Assembly (NCBI RefSeq): GCF_009914755.1
Contig: NC_060936.1
Source: the human T2T-CHM13v2.0 reference genome, Homo sapiens
Length of the DNA stretch: 64,000 nucleotides
Direction: 5' to 3' (one strand)
In this document: positions 40,201 to 54,744 of the stretch, piece after piece
Layout: each line of letters starts with the position of its first letter
How positions within the stretch are numbered: the stretch's first letter is position 1
Position numbers and translations under genes: made by a program
Notes under the pieces: model-generated
What the model was told of the DNA's origin: nothing
What the model saw: the letters and a program-made list of their open reading frames with translations, nothing else
The model's database searches: none

Positions 40201-41546
40201 AAACAGGCTGTGTCAGCCTCGAAAACAGGATCATAAAAGGGATTTAAAAAAGTGAGAGGGTATTTTTAAAAAGAGAGAGAGGGAAGCTGTACTTGGCATT
40301 TGAACTGGAGCTTTCAGAGAACACTAAAGGTGTCCCTCTGGGAAGTTTATCTGGAAGGGGAGTGGGGAGTGGGGTGGGGGGAGGGGTAAGGAGAACAAAA
40401 GAGATAATTCACCCATAAGCAGACAGATTCTACTTGTGGGGACTTCCCCACCTGGAAGGGCACTGTATCACCACGTCCTGGTTGTCAGCCTGAGCTACAT
40501 AGTACATTGCTTTTTTCTTGAGAGTCTCCAAAATAAATCCACCAAGCAATTTGATTTATTTAAACCCTAACGTAGCGTGAACTCAGAATGATCGGAATAT
40601 GTTCCAAGATGAAACTACCTTTTCACTTTCTGAAGCTGTTTACAGATAAGAAAGAACATTAATAAAGCAGTATTTCATATGTCACTGTCGATGATTTGAT
40701 AACCTGTTGCCTAGAGACGGACAATTCTGACAGGGGATTATGTGGCCCTTGCTGCAATGCCCCCCTACAACCCACTTCCCGCCCACTCCCGCTTCTTACC
40801 TTTCCCCGCACTCCCTACTTCTCCCCATCCCCCCACCACTTCCGTCCCTTCAACTTCCCTGGGATTTGAGTGTTCCTCTGCTTGTTAGTGTCTCCAGCAG
40901 GTCCCAGGGAAGGAAAGCAAAGTTTGATCACAGTTAGGTATCTGTTTTCAGGCCTTGTATACCTTTTACCAGACAAGGTGAAACTCCAAGAGTAACCAGT
41001 TAACCTTCCTTTCAGAGTTTTGCTTTGTAGGGTTATAGAAAAAACAATTCCCTGCCCACATGTACCTCAAATAATCCCCCTCACAGATCTGGATAAAATA
41101 TGAATTTTCTCTAAAAGAGTCAGCCAGTTAAACCTTTGTTTAGAATTTAGATTAACACATTTGGGAAAGGAGACCCTCAGGAAAGTAAATTCCGATGAAA
41201 ACTCAGGGGCAAAGAGGGAAACGTTTTTAAAGAACCAGTGCTCAGGGACCAGATAGGTAGCACTGATGAGCAAAGGCGTGAGTGCAAGACAGGGGGGATG
41301 GGAAGCCTGTGGTGCCTGCAGAGCCCACACCACCCAGGGAGAGGTGTTCACATCCAGAGACACCTGCAGCCTTGGGCTGGCTAAACCAACCTTTCTGCAG
41401 GCTGGATTAGGCCCTTAGACTGCATCTATGGGACCTCTGTGTTAGAGCAATGGTTTCCAAACCTTTGAGGATGGGGACCACTTTTCAAAGTAAAAAATCT
41501 GAGGTTTCCCAATATAGTCATTTCATATCTATTGATTAAGAAAATT

Positions 41547-41848
<302 letters not shown>

Positions 41849-42547
41849 TCATAAGAACAAAAAGTTTTGATGCATTATTGTAATGTCTGAAAATGAATTT
41901 CATTTTACCCACTGAGCCTGGTGCTGCAAACATGAGATTAAAGATAGAATAGCCCTTCCCCTGGTCTAATGGGTGAAGTAACCAAGTAAACAGGTGATCA
42001 ACAAAGATTTTTTGTTGATATAAAAAAAAGTGAGACATGGTGCTGTGTGGTCACATAGGAAGGGCATCTAGCTAAATCTTGGCAGAGTTCAGCAACAACT
42101 TCCGCAAACATGTGGCAACTTAGCACATCTTCGTGACTAAGGTGTAAGTGGCAGTTGGCCAGAACTTGGTATATGTGGGGGTATTTTAAGGTAGAGAGAA
42201 GAGCATATGCAAAGGTTCTGTAGTGAGAGGACAGGTTTCCCTCCAGGAAATGAGTAGATCAGTACTCAGTACAGCTAGAATAGGGTGAGGAGAAACAGAG
42301 ATAGAGAGAAAGAGAAAGAGAGAGGAGGGAGAGTGAGAGAGAGAGTTAAATCTAGAAAGGAATGCAAAGGACAATCATTGAGCAATCTATATGTGTTATC
42401 CTCACGGCATATTTACATGGCTCTAAATTAAGGATCACATGACTATATAAATCTTAGCAAGCTGGCAAGAATTCCAAGTCTCCCTTAGGTTGGAGCTTCA
42501 CACTTTAGAAACCAAATGCACAGCAAAAAGAGCTATATAGCTCAGTA

Positions 42548-42965
42548 GTATAATAGTTGGTCAGGGCTGCCATAACAAAGGACCACCAACTGAGTGGCTT
42601 ACACAATAGAAATTTAGTGTTTCACAGTTCTAGAGGTTAGAAGTCTGAAGTCAAGGTATTAGCAGAGTTGGTTCCTTCTGAGTGTAGTGAAGGAAGGATC
42701 TGTTCCAAGGTTCTCTTCTTGACTTGTTGATAGCTGTCTTCATGTTTACATTGGTGTTCTGAACCCTGTATAAGTTTCTGCCTCTAATTTTTATAAAGAC
42801 ACAAGCCATATTGGATTAGGGCCTATCCTAATGGTTTCATTTTAACTTGATGACCTCTGCAAAAACCCTATATCCAAAATAAGGTGACATGCTGAGGTGA
42901 CATGCTGAGGTACTAGGGGTTAGGACTTCAACACGGGAATTTTGTGAGAATCAATTCAACTCTTA
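42548..42965 (-). mobile_element. MLT1B/C-type MaLR LTR
   Basis: GGGCTGCCATAACAAAG...TCACAGTTCTAGAGGTTAGAAGTC...GGTACTAGGGGTTAGGACTTCAACA. Confidence 0.8.
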
Positions 42966-44710
42966 AGACCCAGGTTAAGTTGCTCAAATGGGGCTGGGGG
43001 ACCCAGAGCATTTGGTAAGGTGTCAGAGGTTCTTGGGTACCTGGAGGGCAGCAGGATGAGGAGACACAACAAAGGAGGAGGAGAGGAGTGAAGGGGCTGT
43101 GGAGTCCAGACTTGGCTCTTTTCCTACTCTTGCCTTGATTTGGCCCAACTCCACAGTCCTTGAAAGGCAGGCTGTACCCAACCACAGGGAGTAATCATTG
43201 CTTTTTACAGATAAGGAAGAGGTTGAAGTCACTTCCTTTCTCTGCCTTTGCACTGTCTAACAACCATCTTGCTGATAAAGAAGATCTCCAAATAAATTCC
43301 TCCCTCTTGTCATGGGAAAGCCTAGTCCAGACTCAATTTTGACTTTGGATCTTTGAAGAGATTCACCTAATTAATTTCTCACAAGGGATGTGGTCTTCAC
43401 TTCCTTGCCTCCCCAAGCAAATAGTCTCCTTCCTTGGGGCTCAGCCTAGCTTAGGCTGTCATAATTTTGTACTGTCAAAAAGATCCCTTAGAAATAGCCA
43501 CCTATCCATTCAATGTGGGCAAAAAGAAATCAAATGAAACAAACACAAAGAAGGCAGATTCCAGTTCTGTACATGGAGCTCCTTAAGAGAGGGCAGTTAA
43601 TAAAAACCAAACTACTTGAGGGGGATTTTGATACTTATTTTTTAAGGCTTGCTTAGGCACAACAGAATCAAAGTTTCTCTGTGCCTCTGTGGGCAGCATC
43701 TTATTAATTGTCCTGAGGAATTCTCTGTAAAATGTCTGTTGATTTAAACCCTCTTATTATTTTTATTTAATTTCCAGATGTGCTCTGATGTTCTTTGGAA
43801 AATAAGCCCTCACGATTAATATCCCCAGCAATGTTCAATCAGTAAAGATTCTGGGACTATATGTGATATTTCTCCTTGTTCTCAGGGTCTACTTAATCTC
43901 TCCCCTCCCCACCTCCAACAAGAAATGATAATCCATTGTACCAGGTAAGAGAGGAGAAAGCAAGATTTTAAAAAATGATAAAATGGTAACTTTCTGAAAA
44001 GCAAGTGAGGTGGGATGGGTTTTCTTTTCCTTTCCTTTCCTGGCAACTACCCATGATTGAGGTAAGATGAGAGAAGAGGTACTTTGTAAATAGAACTCAA
44101 GGCTCAGGGGGAGTCATCATTCTTTTAGAATAACAAGGTAAAGGACAAATGCTAACTGGAGGTGAATTTTCCCAGTGATAAAAGCATGATTAAATTTTAG
44201 AGATTTCCCTTTGAGGCCAAAATTGTCTGGGAGTAGGTTAAAACCGTAAGCAGGTAACTTGAAAATTGGTTTCCCAGCTTCCTGTCTGGCTCTCAACATA
44301 CAATTCTATGTAAGAAGGACTCTGTGAGCCCACTGCAGGGGATGAGTACTGTCAATAGAAAGTCATTCTCATCCTTATAAGGTCATGAGCCATTGAGATA
44401 GAGATTGCACTACTTGAAAGATAAAGTAGAGCAATCAGTAGCAACACTCTAGCAAGGGCTTACTATATGCTAGGCACTATACACATCATTCCATTTAATT
44501 ATCTCAATAACTTTGAAATGTAGCCTTAGAAAGGTAGAGAGATTTGTATAAAGTCTCTCAGTTAGTGAATAGACAATCTGAAATTCAACTCCAAATCTGT
44601 TTGACATCAAAACTGAAGGCTCTGGCACTACATTACATTAGTGTGGAATGTTTGCCCAATGTTCAGTCCTGATCATGGGAAATGAATTATGGAGCTTTTT
44701 AATTCATATG

Positions 44711-45350
44711 CAGGCAATTTTTTGCTATTCACAGAAGCTATGTTCTACAAAGTTATCATTAACGCTGAATTAGTGAGTACTGAACCACTGCTCCTAGAGA
44801 AAAGACAGGGTTAAGTTCCTGCAAGTTGCCGATCACATTTTTTTCTGCCAATCAGTGTATAATTTTGCTTTGTGTGTGTTTCTGTTTAAAGACACCTTAT
44901 TTAATACATACTGTTGATTCATTAACATTGAACTCATGGCCAACACCACTGTAACTCATGCCTGAACATAGCTTATCTAATGCACATATTTTCTTCATAA
45001 AGTGCATCACAGCCTTCTTGCACTTAGGAATACCAGATATTTGGGGACCATTTAGAACAGCAAAATCATCAATAAAAAACACAAAAATGCAAAAATTTGA
45101 CACTAAATAGGTGACGAAAATGACACTTCTTTATAGTATGGAAGCTAAAACATTGAAGGCAGAGTGTCACCTTGTTTAATCACAGCTGGGAGTATGAATG
45201 TTGGGTGGCTCAATTTTTTTGTCATTCTGTGCATGTCTGTGAATAACTGAGAAAGTTCTCAGAGTACTCATTTTAGAATTACAAATACATTTTCGTGAGT
45301 AGGTAAATTTGTAATTACAAAATCTATAATATAAATAATGAGGTTTGATG
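44711..45350. mobile_element. MER82-like TcMar-Tigger element
   Basis: TATGTTCTACAAAGT...GCTGAATTAGTGAGTACTGAACCACTGCTCCTAG...GTGTTTCTGTTTAAAGACACCTTATTTAATA. Confidence 0.75.
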
Positions 45351-48300
45351 GCTTTCTGACATAGTTATTAAGCTAGTTTAGGAAAAAAATCCCACATTTT
45401 AAAGGAAAAATGAAACATTGCTCTTTCAGCCTAAATGTTTGAATGCAAAAACCAGATAATTGGTAAATACATGTTTTTTTAGGTTTTGCTCATTTAAATT
45501 ATCTGGATTCAAAGATGCAGTTTTGGTTTATGGCATTGCTCCACACAGAAGAGGGCTTTTACCAAAAGCATTTACCTATGAAGTTTTAAAATTTTCTTTT
45601 TAATTAAGTTCTTACTGAAATTTTTGCCTCCCTAGAGAAGACTTCATTAAACAAACAATTCTATTAGCCCATTATTTAATTTTATTTTTAATTATTTTAT
45701 CACTTCTCCCAAATGACCTAGACACTTGCTCTGCCCATTTCTGTCAAGAGCAGAATCACCAGCCCTGTCAACTCTCTCCATACCTTGGGTGGAACAAAGA
45801 TCTTTGAAATCTCATGAAGACCAGCAGACCCAATCTTTTGAAATAATGGAGACTGGAGAAATTAAGTGCAGAATATTCAGTTAACTACTTACCTAACACA
45901 CACAGTCACTTTCAGAAAACTCTATGAAACATGGAAATCAAGATGCTGAAAACTCAGAGAAGGTATTTACTAAATTTTTCCTTCTCCATACTTTGTCTTT
46001 ATAACTAGTGATTGGTACTTGACCAATAATGGTGAAGTAACTATGGAGAAGGACGTTTCTTGGAAAGGCTTTCCTTTCTTCTGACTGACATGGTGGAGGA
46101 ACACAATCTTATTTCTGCCTTAAGGCTAATGACAATCTTTTGATACAGCATTCAAGGTTTTCCATGATTTAGACCCAGTTTTTCTTCCACTCTTATCTTC
46201 CACCACTGCCTCATTTCAGAATCTCTTTGCCAGCCAAGTGGGCATTTGATATAGATGAAGAATAAGGCATGAACCATAACCTTTTAGGAGTTTAGGGTTT
46301 AGTTAATAAAATAAGACTAACATACATAAAAATGAATGATGTAAGAGGGTTATGTAATGAAGGTTCATTAATATGGCATAAACTGTAGAGTTTATATGAA
46401 TTTGAGAGAGAATGGATTAGTCAGAGAAAGCAATGTGAGCTCAAGATGGTTCTTGAAGAATGGGGAGAATTTCCATAGATCTGGAGAAAGGATGGAGGAG
46501 AAGAGGAGAGGAGGATGCAGCTAGGTGAGGGAAATCAAAACAGTGGATTTTTGCAAATAGGAATGCACATAGTGTTGGTGGGACCATAAACAAACCAACA
46601 TGAATGGCAAAGGCAGTTCATGTTGAAGAGTAGGAGGAAACACATTTGGAGACACAGAAAGGAACTGGGTTGAGGTAGGCAACTTAAAAATAGGCAGAAG
46701 CACTGAAATTTGGTGGAGTATAAAATAACCATTGAAGGCTTTTCAGAAAACATGTGGATAAACCATCTGTCACTAAACTACAGATGACTGAAATATACAT
46801 CGACTGATTTGTTTTTTTACTATGCATATTGGGGTTTCTGTTCAGCATTTGTCCAGCTTTCAACAAATCTTTATTGAATACCTATTATATGCTGGACAAT
46901 ATGGAGAGTGATAGCACTACAGGACAGACAAGATCAAAATCGTTTCAATACTCCTGGATCTTATATTTCAGAATTATTCATTTTCATTATGTTCTTTTGG
47001 CCCAGATCACTGTATCTCAGATGGAAAAGTTTTCAGTAGAAGTGATATCTTCACCATTCTGGGTTTGTAAGTTTCTTTTGTTTAACTTAGGCTTCCGGGA
47101 AGTTGATACTTGAAGACACAGCACTGTAATCCAGGAGACGCCTTGTCCGACTGCTCCAAATTGGTCAGGAGCCTCTCAGCAGTGCCCTTGACACCTTGTG
47201 CTTCTCCTTATTTCTAGATAGCATTTAGAAATAGCATAGTTTTGTCATGTCCACTTTCTTGGCATCTGCTATCTACTCCAACTAGATCATGAAGCAGGAT
47301 ATCCCAACATCTCTGTAGTACCACCGGAGGTGATCGACAAATGTTGGTTAAATGAAATTAATGAATGGAGGGAATGGATATGACTTTTCTTTACCTGAAT
47401 ATGTTTTTCTCTAGGGCAAGTTTTTGGTAGAGAAAAGTAGGGCTAATGTAAGAGAGAAAGATAAGTTCCTTCTTTATATATGCGATAACATTTTTGAAAT
47501 GTAACTGTGCTTGGCTTTTCTTGTAAGACTAATTGGAATGTGGTTACAGAGCTGGATATCTTGTTTAAAGGTGATTTAAAAATGACAGATCCCATACATT
47601 TTTTCATTTCCTTAACAGCTGCAATGTTAGCCTACTCCATAAATCACAACAGTTGGTTCTATCTTAATGCCATAGGTATTTCAGTAATATAGACTGTTCA
47701 ATAAATTATTGGGTAGTTATTAGAACGAGGTAAATTTGACTTAACATCTTAATTTGACTTAGGCATCTTCCTGGAACCTTCTTGCTCTGAGGTTTGGATG
47801 AAAAACACTTTGGATATCACCGTGAGACTTGCTACTTCCGATTCATTGTCTAGTATTCTCCTTGGCAGCTTTGCAAAACAAATCTTGGAAAGCTCCTAGA
47901 GAAAGCCATTCTTTTTAGAAAACTTGGAGTCTTTTGAATTCACGCTGGATGACAATGACAGTGAATGAAAGTGTTTGTCCTGTTTGTATATTTGCCTGCT
48001 GCTTTGCTCATTCACTCGCTATTCATTTTTTCCAATGGATTATTTATTTATTCAATTTTCAAAACTTAGCAAATATCCTAGATTTCAAAGTATCCTTGTA
48101 CCCTATGGTTATGGGAATGTGTCAGCCAAACTCTAGGTGGCGCTCCACATCGAATTTAGGAGGCAGGGGAAGGAGTGTGGCAGTGGAGCTCTCAGGATGG
48201 CGTCAGAACCACAGAACACCCAGGCTGATCCCGAGACGAGGGAGGGAGCTTCCCGTGTGGGGGCGGAGGGTGGGGCAGAGCAGGATGTGTGCTTGGGTTT

Positions 48301-48419
48301 CACTTGGAAAAAACATACATCATATTGCAATATAATTTACTTTGAGATTTCAATTTGGAAAATGGCATGGAAATAATCCAGCTTGAACATCGTCCTCCTC
48401 ACCTCCTGGACTAGGGCGA

Positions 48420-48620
48420 GGGCCCCTTATATTTCTTCATGGCAATTGTGTCACAGTTGTAAGTATTAAAGTATTTGCTTAATTATTTGTTTGATATCCG
48501 CCCACTTTGGACTGTAAATTTCACAAGGCAAGGACCTGGCTGCATGGCTCATAGCTATTTGCCTGCTGTCTATCACAACACCTAGCAAGTGACAGACGGT
48601 CAATAAATGTTTGTTTTGTT
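48420..48620 (+). mobile_element. L2 3' end fragment
   Basis: GGACTGTAAATTTCACAAGGCAAGGAC...CCTAGCA...TCAATAAATGTTTGTT. Confidence 0.55.
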
Positions 48621-49272
48621 TGCTTATTTGGCTGCTGCTCCATTCATTTGCTTCACTGGGTTATTCATTTTTTCATTCCTTCGTCTCCACCCTTCCCTTC
48701 CTGCTCCACCCTACCCTTATCTTCCATCCCCCACTCCAACTCTCCCAGTCCTCCCAGCCCTCCCATCTACCCCATTCCCCACCCAGTCCCACCCTCATTT
48801 ATCATAAGTTTTAAAAGTTAAGAAACCTAAGGGGGCTGTAGTGGGGTGGGGCAGAAACTAAATGTATGAAAGCAATCTTTAAATAGTCGGATTCTCAAAA
48901 TCCGGAGAAAGAGTATTAAAAGGTAAGAAAGCAACAGTTTTGCCAATGCAAAAGGGAAAGTGTGGCCCCCTCAGCGGTCATTTCCCCATGCACTATGGCT
49001 TTCCTAAGCAGGTGCTGCACCTCCTGGGTTTTGGCAACTGGATGCAGAAGACCGGCAGAACTCTTTCCTCTGAATGGTCTGGACTGGGGACAATTGGCTG
49101 GAATCACAAGTGGCTTCTTTGCTCACTCTAGCGGTACTTCAGCTTTCATAAACAGCCGGTTCCTGGAGCTGTAAGGTTCCAGCACATCGGGGATTTCCCT
49201 TTGTTAGATCCTGACCCGCAGAGCTGTGTCCCAAGCCAAAACTGTTGTGTTCACCTCTTAAAAGGCTTTCAA

Positions 49273-49346
49273 AGAAGGAAGGGAGGGAGGGAGGGAGGAA
49301 GGGAGGGAAGGAGGAAGGGAAAGAAGGAAGGAAGGAAGGAAGGAAA
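49273..49346 (+). repeat. (GGAA/GGGA)n purine repeat
   Basis: Directly visible. Confidence 0.9.
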
Positions 49347-51231
49347 AATTCTGGAAAATATCAGTTGTTATTCACAGACACCTAACTTGCCATTTTTAAA
49401 AACACATTTTAAAGTTGATATGAATCGAAAAAAAAGTTATTGTGATATTGGCAGTCAGCTCTCTACTGAAATGATGTGAGTGGAAAAACAAGAGTTTGGA
49501 AGAATGCGTCCCCCAAAATTCTTACATTGTTACCAACCACAGAAACAAAACATAGTGCTGGAAAGGAATTTCAAGTCATAGATGCCAAACCCCTGATTGT
49601 GTAGATAAAAATAATGAGGCTCTGAGGTAAGTGACTTGCTCAAAGCCACTCAATTCAGGAGTTAGAGCCAAAACTCATGACTTCTGGCCAATTCTGGGCC
49701 CTTGCCACTCCACAAGCTGCAGTTTTTCTGTTTTAGCTAAAATGAGTTTCAAACAGCCTATCCACCATAAATGTATTTCTTCAACTCTCATTCTCTTGTA
49801 TAAGGCCTTACAGGGGACCCAACTTCTAATGTTGAAGGAAAAATATTGCATCTTTTAAAAAATGGTCAAAAGGAAAGGAAACTTCTAGGCATATAAATGT
49901 CACATCACCCTGTAAGTAGGAACCCATCATTATTGTGTGGGTAAGAAAGAAATAATTAAAGAAACCAATTTCAGTTAATTCCACATGTAGTGTATGCCTT
50001 TGAAAAGCATCCAAAATATTTTCCAAACATTCTCACATACACTGCACACATCTGTCCTATGTAACCTGAAAATGATTTACCCTTGTGAAATCATTTGCAC
50101 AAACCTGCCAACCTTATGAATGATTTTGTTTGTCTACTGTCTCAAAATAATTGATCTTACATACGTTAAGCTAATTAAAATAGCCAGGCCCTTTCTTTGC
50201 AGAAAATCCACAAGCCCTCTTTCAATTATGCTTCTGAGGTCAGGAAAGCAATTCTTACGGAAAAGTAGGCTAGAATTTGCTTCAATTTATTAAGATAAAA
50301 CATAAGAATGTATTTTTAATGCATTGATAAAAAATTCACCAAAATATTAGGTATTTTTAGTCAGTCTCCAACTTACTAAAGGGTCATATTCCAAAAGTTA
50401 GTGGATAAATGAGTTGTCTGGAATTTGGAGTGTATTTTCCCATAAAAACAGTGCTACCCATAGGAGTTAGTTCCCAGGCCACCCTTTAAGTGCTATTTAA
50501 CCCATAGTGTAGCAGCCTATTGTGCACTTAAAAATTATTATTTTAATTTTGTTATTATTAGTTAACTGGCTCAAAAGTAACTGATTGATTTAGAGGCTGT
50601 TTTAGATGCTGACATCAGGAAAACCAGTTTCGATTATAGATACTTGAGATAGTAGTTGGAGACTTTTATGTCATTTCTGTAGAAGGCTTTGACGTACTTT
50701 GGAAACTCTAAAAATAGATGATACTTAATTTCATCTGCTTACTTATGACTAAAGGAGGAAACAGAGAGAAAAGCCTTGGCCCCTGCTCAACTTCCACCAC
50801 TATTAGGAAAAGAAGACAAGAAATGGGATAAAAGGAAAAGAGAAAAGAAGTTAAAATTGTGTGCATGTATGTGCATGCAGAGATTAACTTAGCAGTGAAC
50901 AATGAGGAAATGAGGAAATTGAGGCACACACAAGAAAGGAGATAGGAAGAGATATTGGTCTGAGACTTCTTTGTGTTGTTCACAAAGTGGCAGTGATGAC
51001 CTCTAGAAAGTTCAGAAGAGAAAAGGAAAGTTTTAGCAGGTACTCTGTGAACTTATGTTTAGGATATGTAATAAACAGAAGTTGTTACTTGGGGACATGA
51101 GTTAACTGATTTAAGAATTGGACTCTCAGTTTGAATCCATACACATCTATGGAAGACCTACAGTGTTTCAAGAGCTGAAATATAGGACTAACTGCAAAAA
51201 TTATCTGGCAATAACCCTTTACCTTGCAGAG

Positions 51232-51470
51232 ATAATAATAGCTAGCATTTTTGACTCATTGTAACTCATTTAATCTTCACAATGACTCTATAAAGTAGGT
51301 ATTAGTATTATTATTATTATCCCATTGTGTAGATGAGGAAACTAAGACACAGAAAGGATAAGTAATTTGTCTGAAGTCACATGGCTAGTAAGTGTTGGGG
51401 CTACCATGTGAACCCAGGTAGTGTGGGGATAGAACTTGTGCTCATAACCGCCATGCTATACTCTGCCCTA
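51232..51470 (-). mobile_element. MIR
   Basis: TAACTCATTTAATCTTCACAA...ATCCCATTGTGTAGATGAGGAAACTAAGACACAGA. Confidence 0.75.
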
Positions 51471-52129
51471 ACGTTCTCTGGTCAACATTCTTATCTCTTG
51501 TCAGCAAACGCTCGTACCCTGACTCCATCTGGGATTTGGAATGCACTCAGGGAAGTGGCTGTGCATGGAGACTAGAAATGGAAGAGGCTTCCAAGGTCAT
51601 GCCTTTCAGGCTCCCTTCAAATTCTACAGCTACTGTGAAGAGAGTTGCATTCCCACAGAGAACATGTCAGACTGGAGGAAAATTGTGACAAAAGGTCTCC
51701 CCAAAGGTCTCTGAAACTTCGATCTTATCTCATTCCACAAGGCAAAGGCCAGTTTCCTAAATCAAAGAATGAAACAAAGTACATCTTTTTCAAGCATTGT
51801 TTTGACATCACTCCCTTTTATACAACTGGACAGGCACTCCCATTCTCTTTAAATAATTTTTAAACACTCCTGAACTTTGGCTTGGAGATCCTCATTTGAA
51901 ATGATTTTATCACTCTAGACATACTAGCTCATATTTTTTAACTTCAACCTGGCAAAAGTTAATATCCCTCATAAAACTCTACCCACTCTCTTCTCTAAGT
52001 ATCACATAAACCACTCTTCCTGATTATACATGCCCCATCTTGAGCCATATCCATTACTCTGTCAACTTTCCCTGGAGGTTAATCTGCTAGTGAGAATTTA
52101 AGTGGACTCCTGGGGTGGAGTATTCTACA

Positions 52130-52370
52130 ATGGATGGAACTTGGATTCTGAAGTCAGTCAGTTCTGGTTCAAATCCCAGTTATTCCATTTACTAGCTGTG
52201 TCATGTTGGGCAAGCTATGTAACCTCCCTAAATCGTTGTTTCCTCACCTAGAATATGAATACAATATTAATAGTACTGGTATAACAGTTGTTCTGAGAAT
52301 TAAATAAGATATTGCATATAAAGAACTTAGTTCAGAGTAAACACATTATAAAATTCAACACATGTTAGTC
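52130..52370 (+). mobile_element. MIR
   Basis: GGTTCAAATCCCAG...ATTTACTAGCTGTGTCATGTTGGGCAAG...TTGTTCTGAGAATTAAATAAGAT. Confidence 0.75.
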
Positions 52371-53249
52371 CCCATGATTACAATTCTTTTGGAGCACAAA
52401 ATAATCAGAGATATGTAAAAAAGATGGTTGTGAAGAGATGTTTATGTACCATTTTTATAAGAGTAAAAAGTTGGAAACAATTTATGCCCAACCATGGTTG
52501 ACTATGCAACCAATTATAAGTCATGTTCTGAATGTTGGGAAATATCAAGATTGTATTAGTGAGTATTAAAAAAAAACATAAAACCTGCAGAGCATCAAAT
52601 CTGAGAGGGAAAGTATATGCATAGAAAAGAGATTTGAAGAACCTACATCAAAAAGTAGATTATAATTATCTCAACAGAGAAAAGGTATATGGAGTATAGA
52701 TGGGTACTGGGATTATGAAGATTTTTAAAATGTTTTGTATTTTTCTGTGCATCCTAAATTTTGTACCTTTTGTAATTAGGAAAATTACATGCTGTTGAAA
52801 AATAATGGATGAAGTTTAGCCTTCTCAGATGATCTCCTTCTGGCTCCAATTAATTCAGACCTCCAGCTTATCCACTTCCTTTATTTCCTTTTTCACTCTC
52901 TACAGATTTATGTTTCCTCTGCACAGCTGCAGTTGGTTTCAAATATTTGGCAGAGACTGTAGTTGGTGTTTAGATATATTTATGTGGGTTCTCTCTCCCT
53001 CATCAGACTGCATTTCCACGAGAGTATCTTCCCTATATTTTCTCTGTAATTGTGCATAGTGGCTTGGAAGCTCTTTGTCCCAAAAGTTAACTGATTGAGG
53101 TCATTGTAAACAATGCAAGAAGAAAAACTTGCTTAACTTGTTTCATTATTAACATTAACTGGGAGCTAAGGTTCGCATGTTAGGAATGGAGGGGTTTATA
53201 GACTGGTTGGGAATTAGGCCCTGTGCCCGAGGCAATGCTTTGTGTTTAT

Positions 53250-53650
53250 GCAGCTATTTCATTTCCTCCTGGAACATAGGAATACCAAGGCCTCTTGCAT
53301 TGAGGAAGGGTTACATGACTGGTTCTGACAAGCAAAATGGAAGCAGATGTGGTGTGCACCACTTCCAGACCCCAAATCATTTTACATATTCCTTTATCAA
53401 TTCTTGCTTCCCCTGCTGTCTGCTGGCTGGATAGTGCCAGGGTGAACTTGAAGCCACAATATGGTAGAGCCACAAGATGGAAAGAACCTGGGTCCCTGAG
53501 CTTCTGCTTAGAGAGGAACCACTCAAGAGAATTATCTGAACAGAAACATCTGAAATGAACAGGGTCAGTGAGAAAGATAAGACTCTTATTACATAAAAGC
53601 ATTGAGATTTGAAGGCTATTTATTCTTGTAGTAACCCTATCCCAACTAAC
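53250..53650 (+). mobile_element. MLT1-type MaLR LTR
   Basis: CATGACTGGTTCTGAC...GGTAGAGCCACAAGATGGAAAGAACCTGGGTCCCTGA...CATTGAGATTTGAAGG. Confidence 0.65.
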
Positions 53651-54336
53651 AACAGAAAATTATACAAATAGTAAAAGAATTCAAGATAACATATTTTAAG
53701 TGTCAAACCAATGGAATATAATTTTTGAATTTGCCTAATATTTTACTGTTCTCCCAAATCATTTGCTTCCCTACCTTATTCAATTCTCTAAGAAACCTTG
53801 ATGAGTCTATCTTTGTGTCACAATTTAAGAAACTGGACTTAGAGTTGTTACATTCTTTGACCTAAGCTAGAACCAAAATTTTCTGACTCCAAATACTGTA
53901 CTCTTTGCCTTTAGGCATAACTACTATAAGAGTGACTAATGACTAAATTATTTATAGAAAAGATGTTTTGCCTAAATTGTCTAGGGAGTAATTTTTTGAA
54001 CACTGGTTCCACCAGCAGCTAATAAATGTCCCAAGAAATAGAGTTCCAAGGCCAAATGAGTTTGGGAAACACTGGGTTAAACAAATGTGACCAGGAGTCT
54101 TCTACTTACTGCCAAGCTCTCAGAGCCTTTAACTTACAATTTGGAGGCTCATAGGGAGCCTATGCAGCATATCCCATACACCTGACCACAGAATTCTTTG
54201 ATGATAGAGCCATCGTCAGGAGCAGAGTGTGCTGAAACATGCCTGAGAAAGGTTTTCTAGATAACAGCTCTCGTTCTCCACTGCACCCTGGTTCCACTTT
54301 AGTCTATTCACTTCTTAGAGTACATTTCTCAGCTAA

Positions 54337-54698
<362 letters not shown>

Positions 54699-54744
54699 CC
54701 AGGAGATTTTTTTTCAATTGCATTTATTTTTGAACCTATCCCAA

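Noticed and set aside
46990-47110. Possible exon 47005-47066 and a perfect GAS TTCCGGGAA at 47093-47101
   Set aside because: The donor context is weak (TTT|GTAAGT) and a single 9-mer is within chance expectation.
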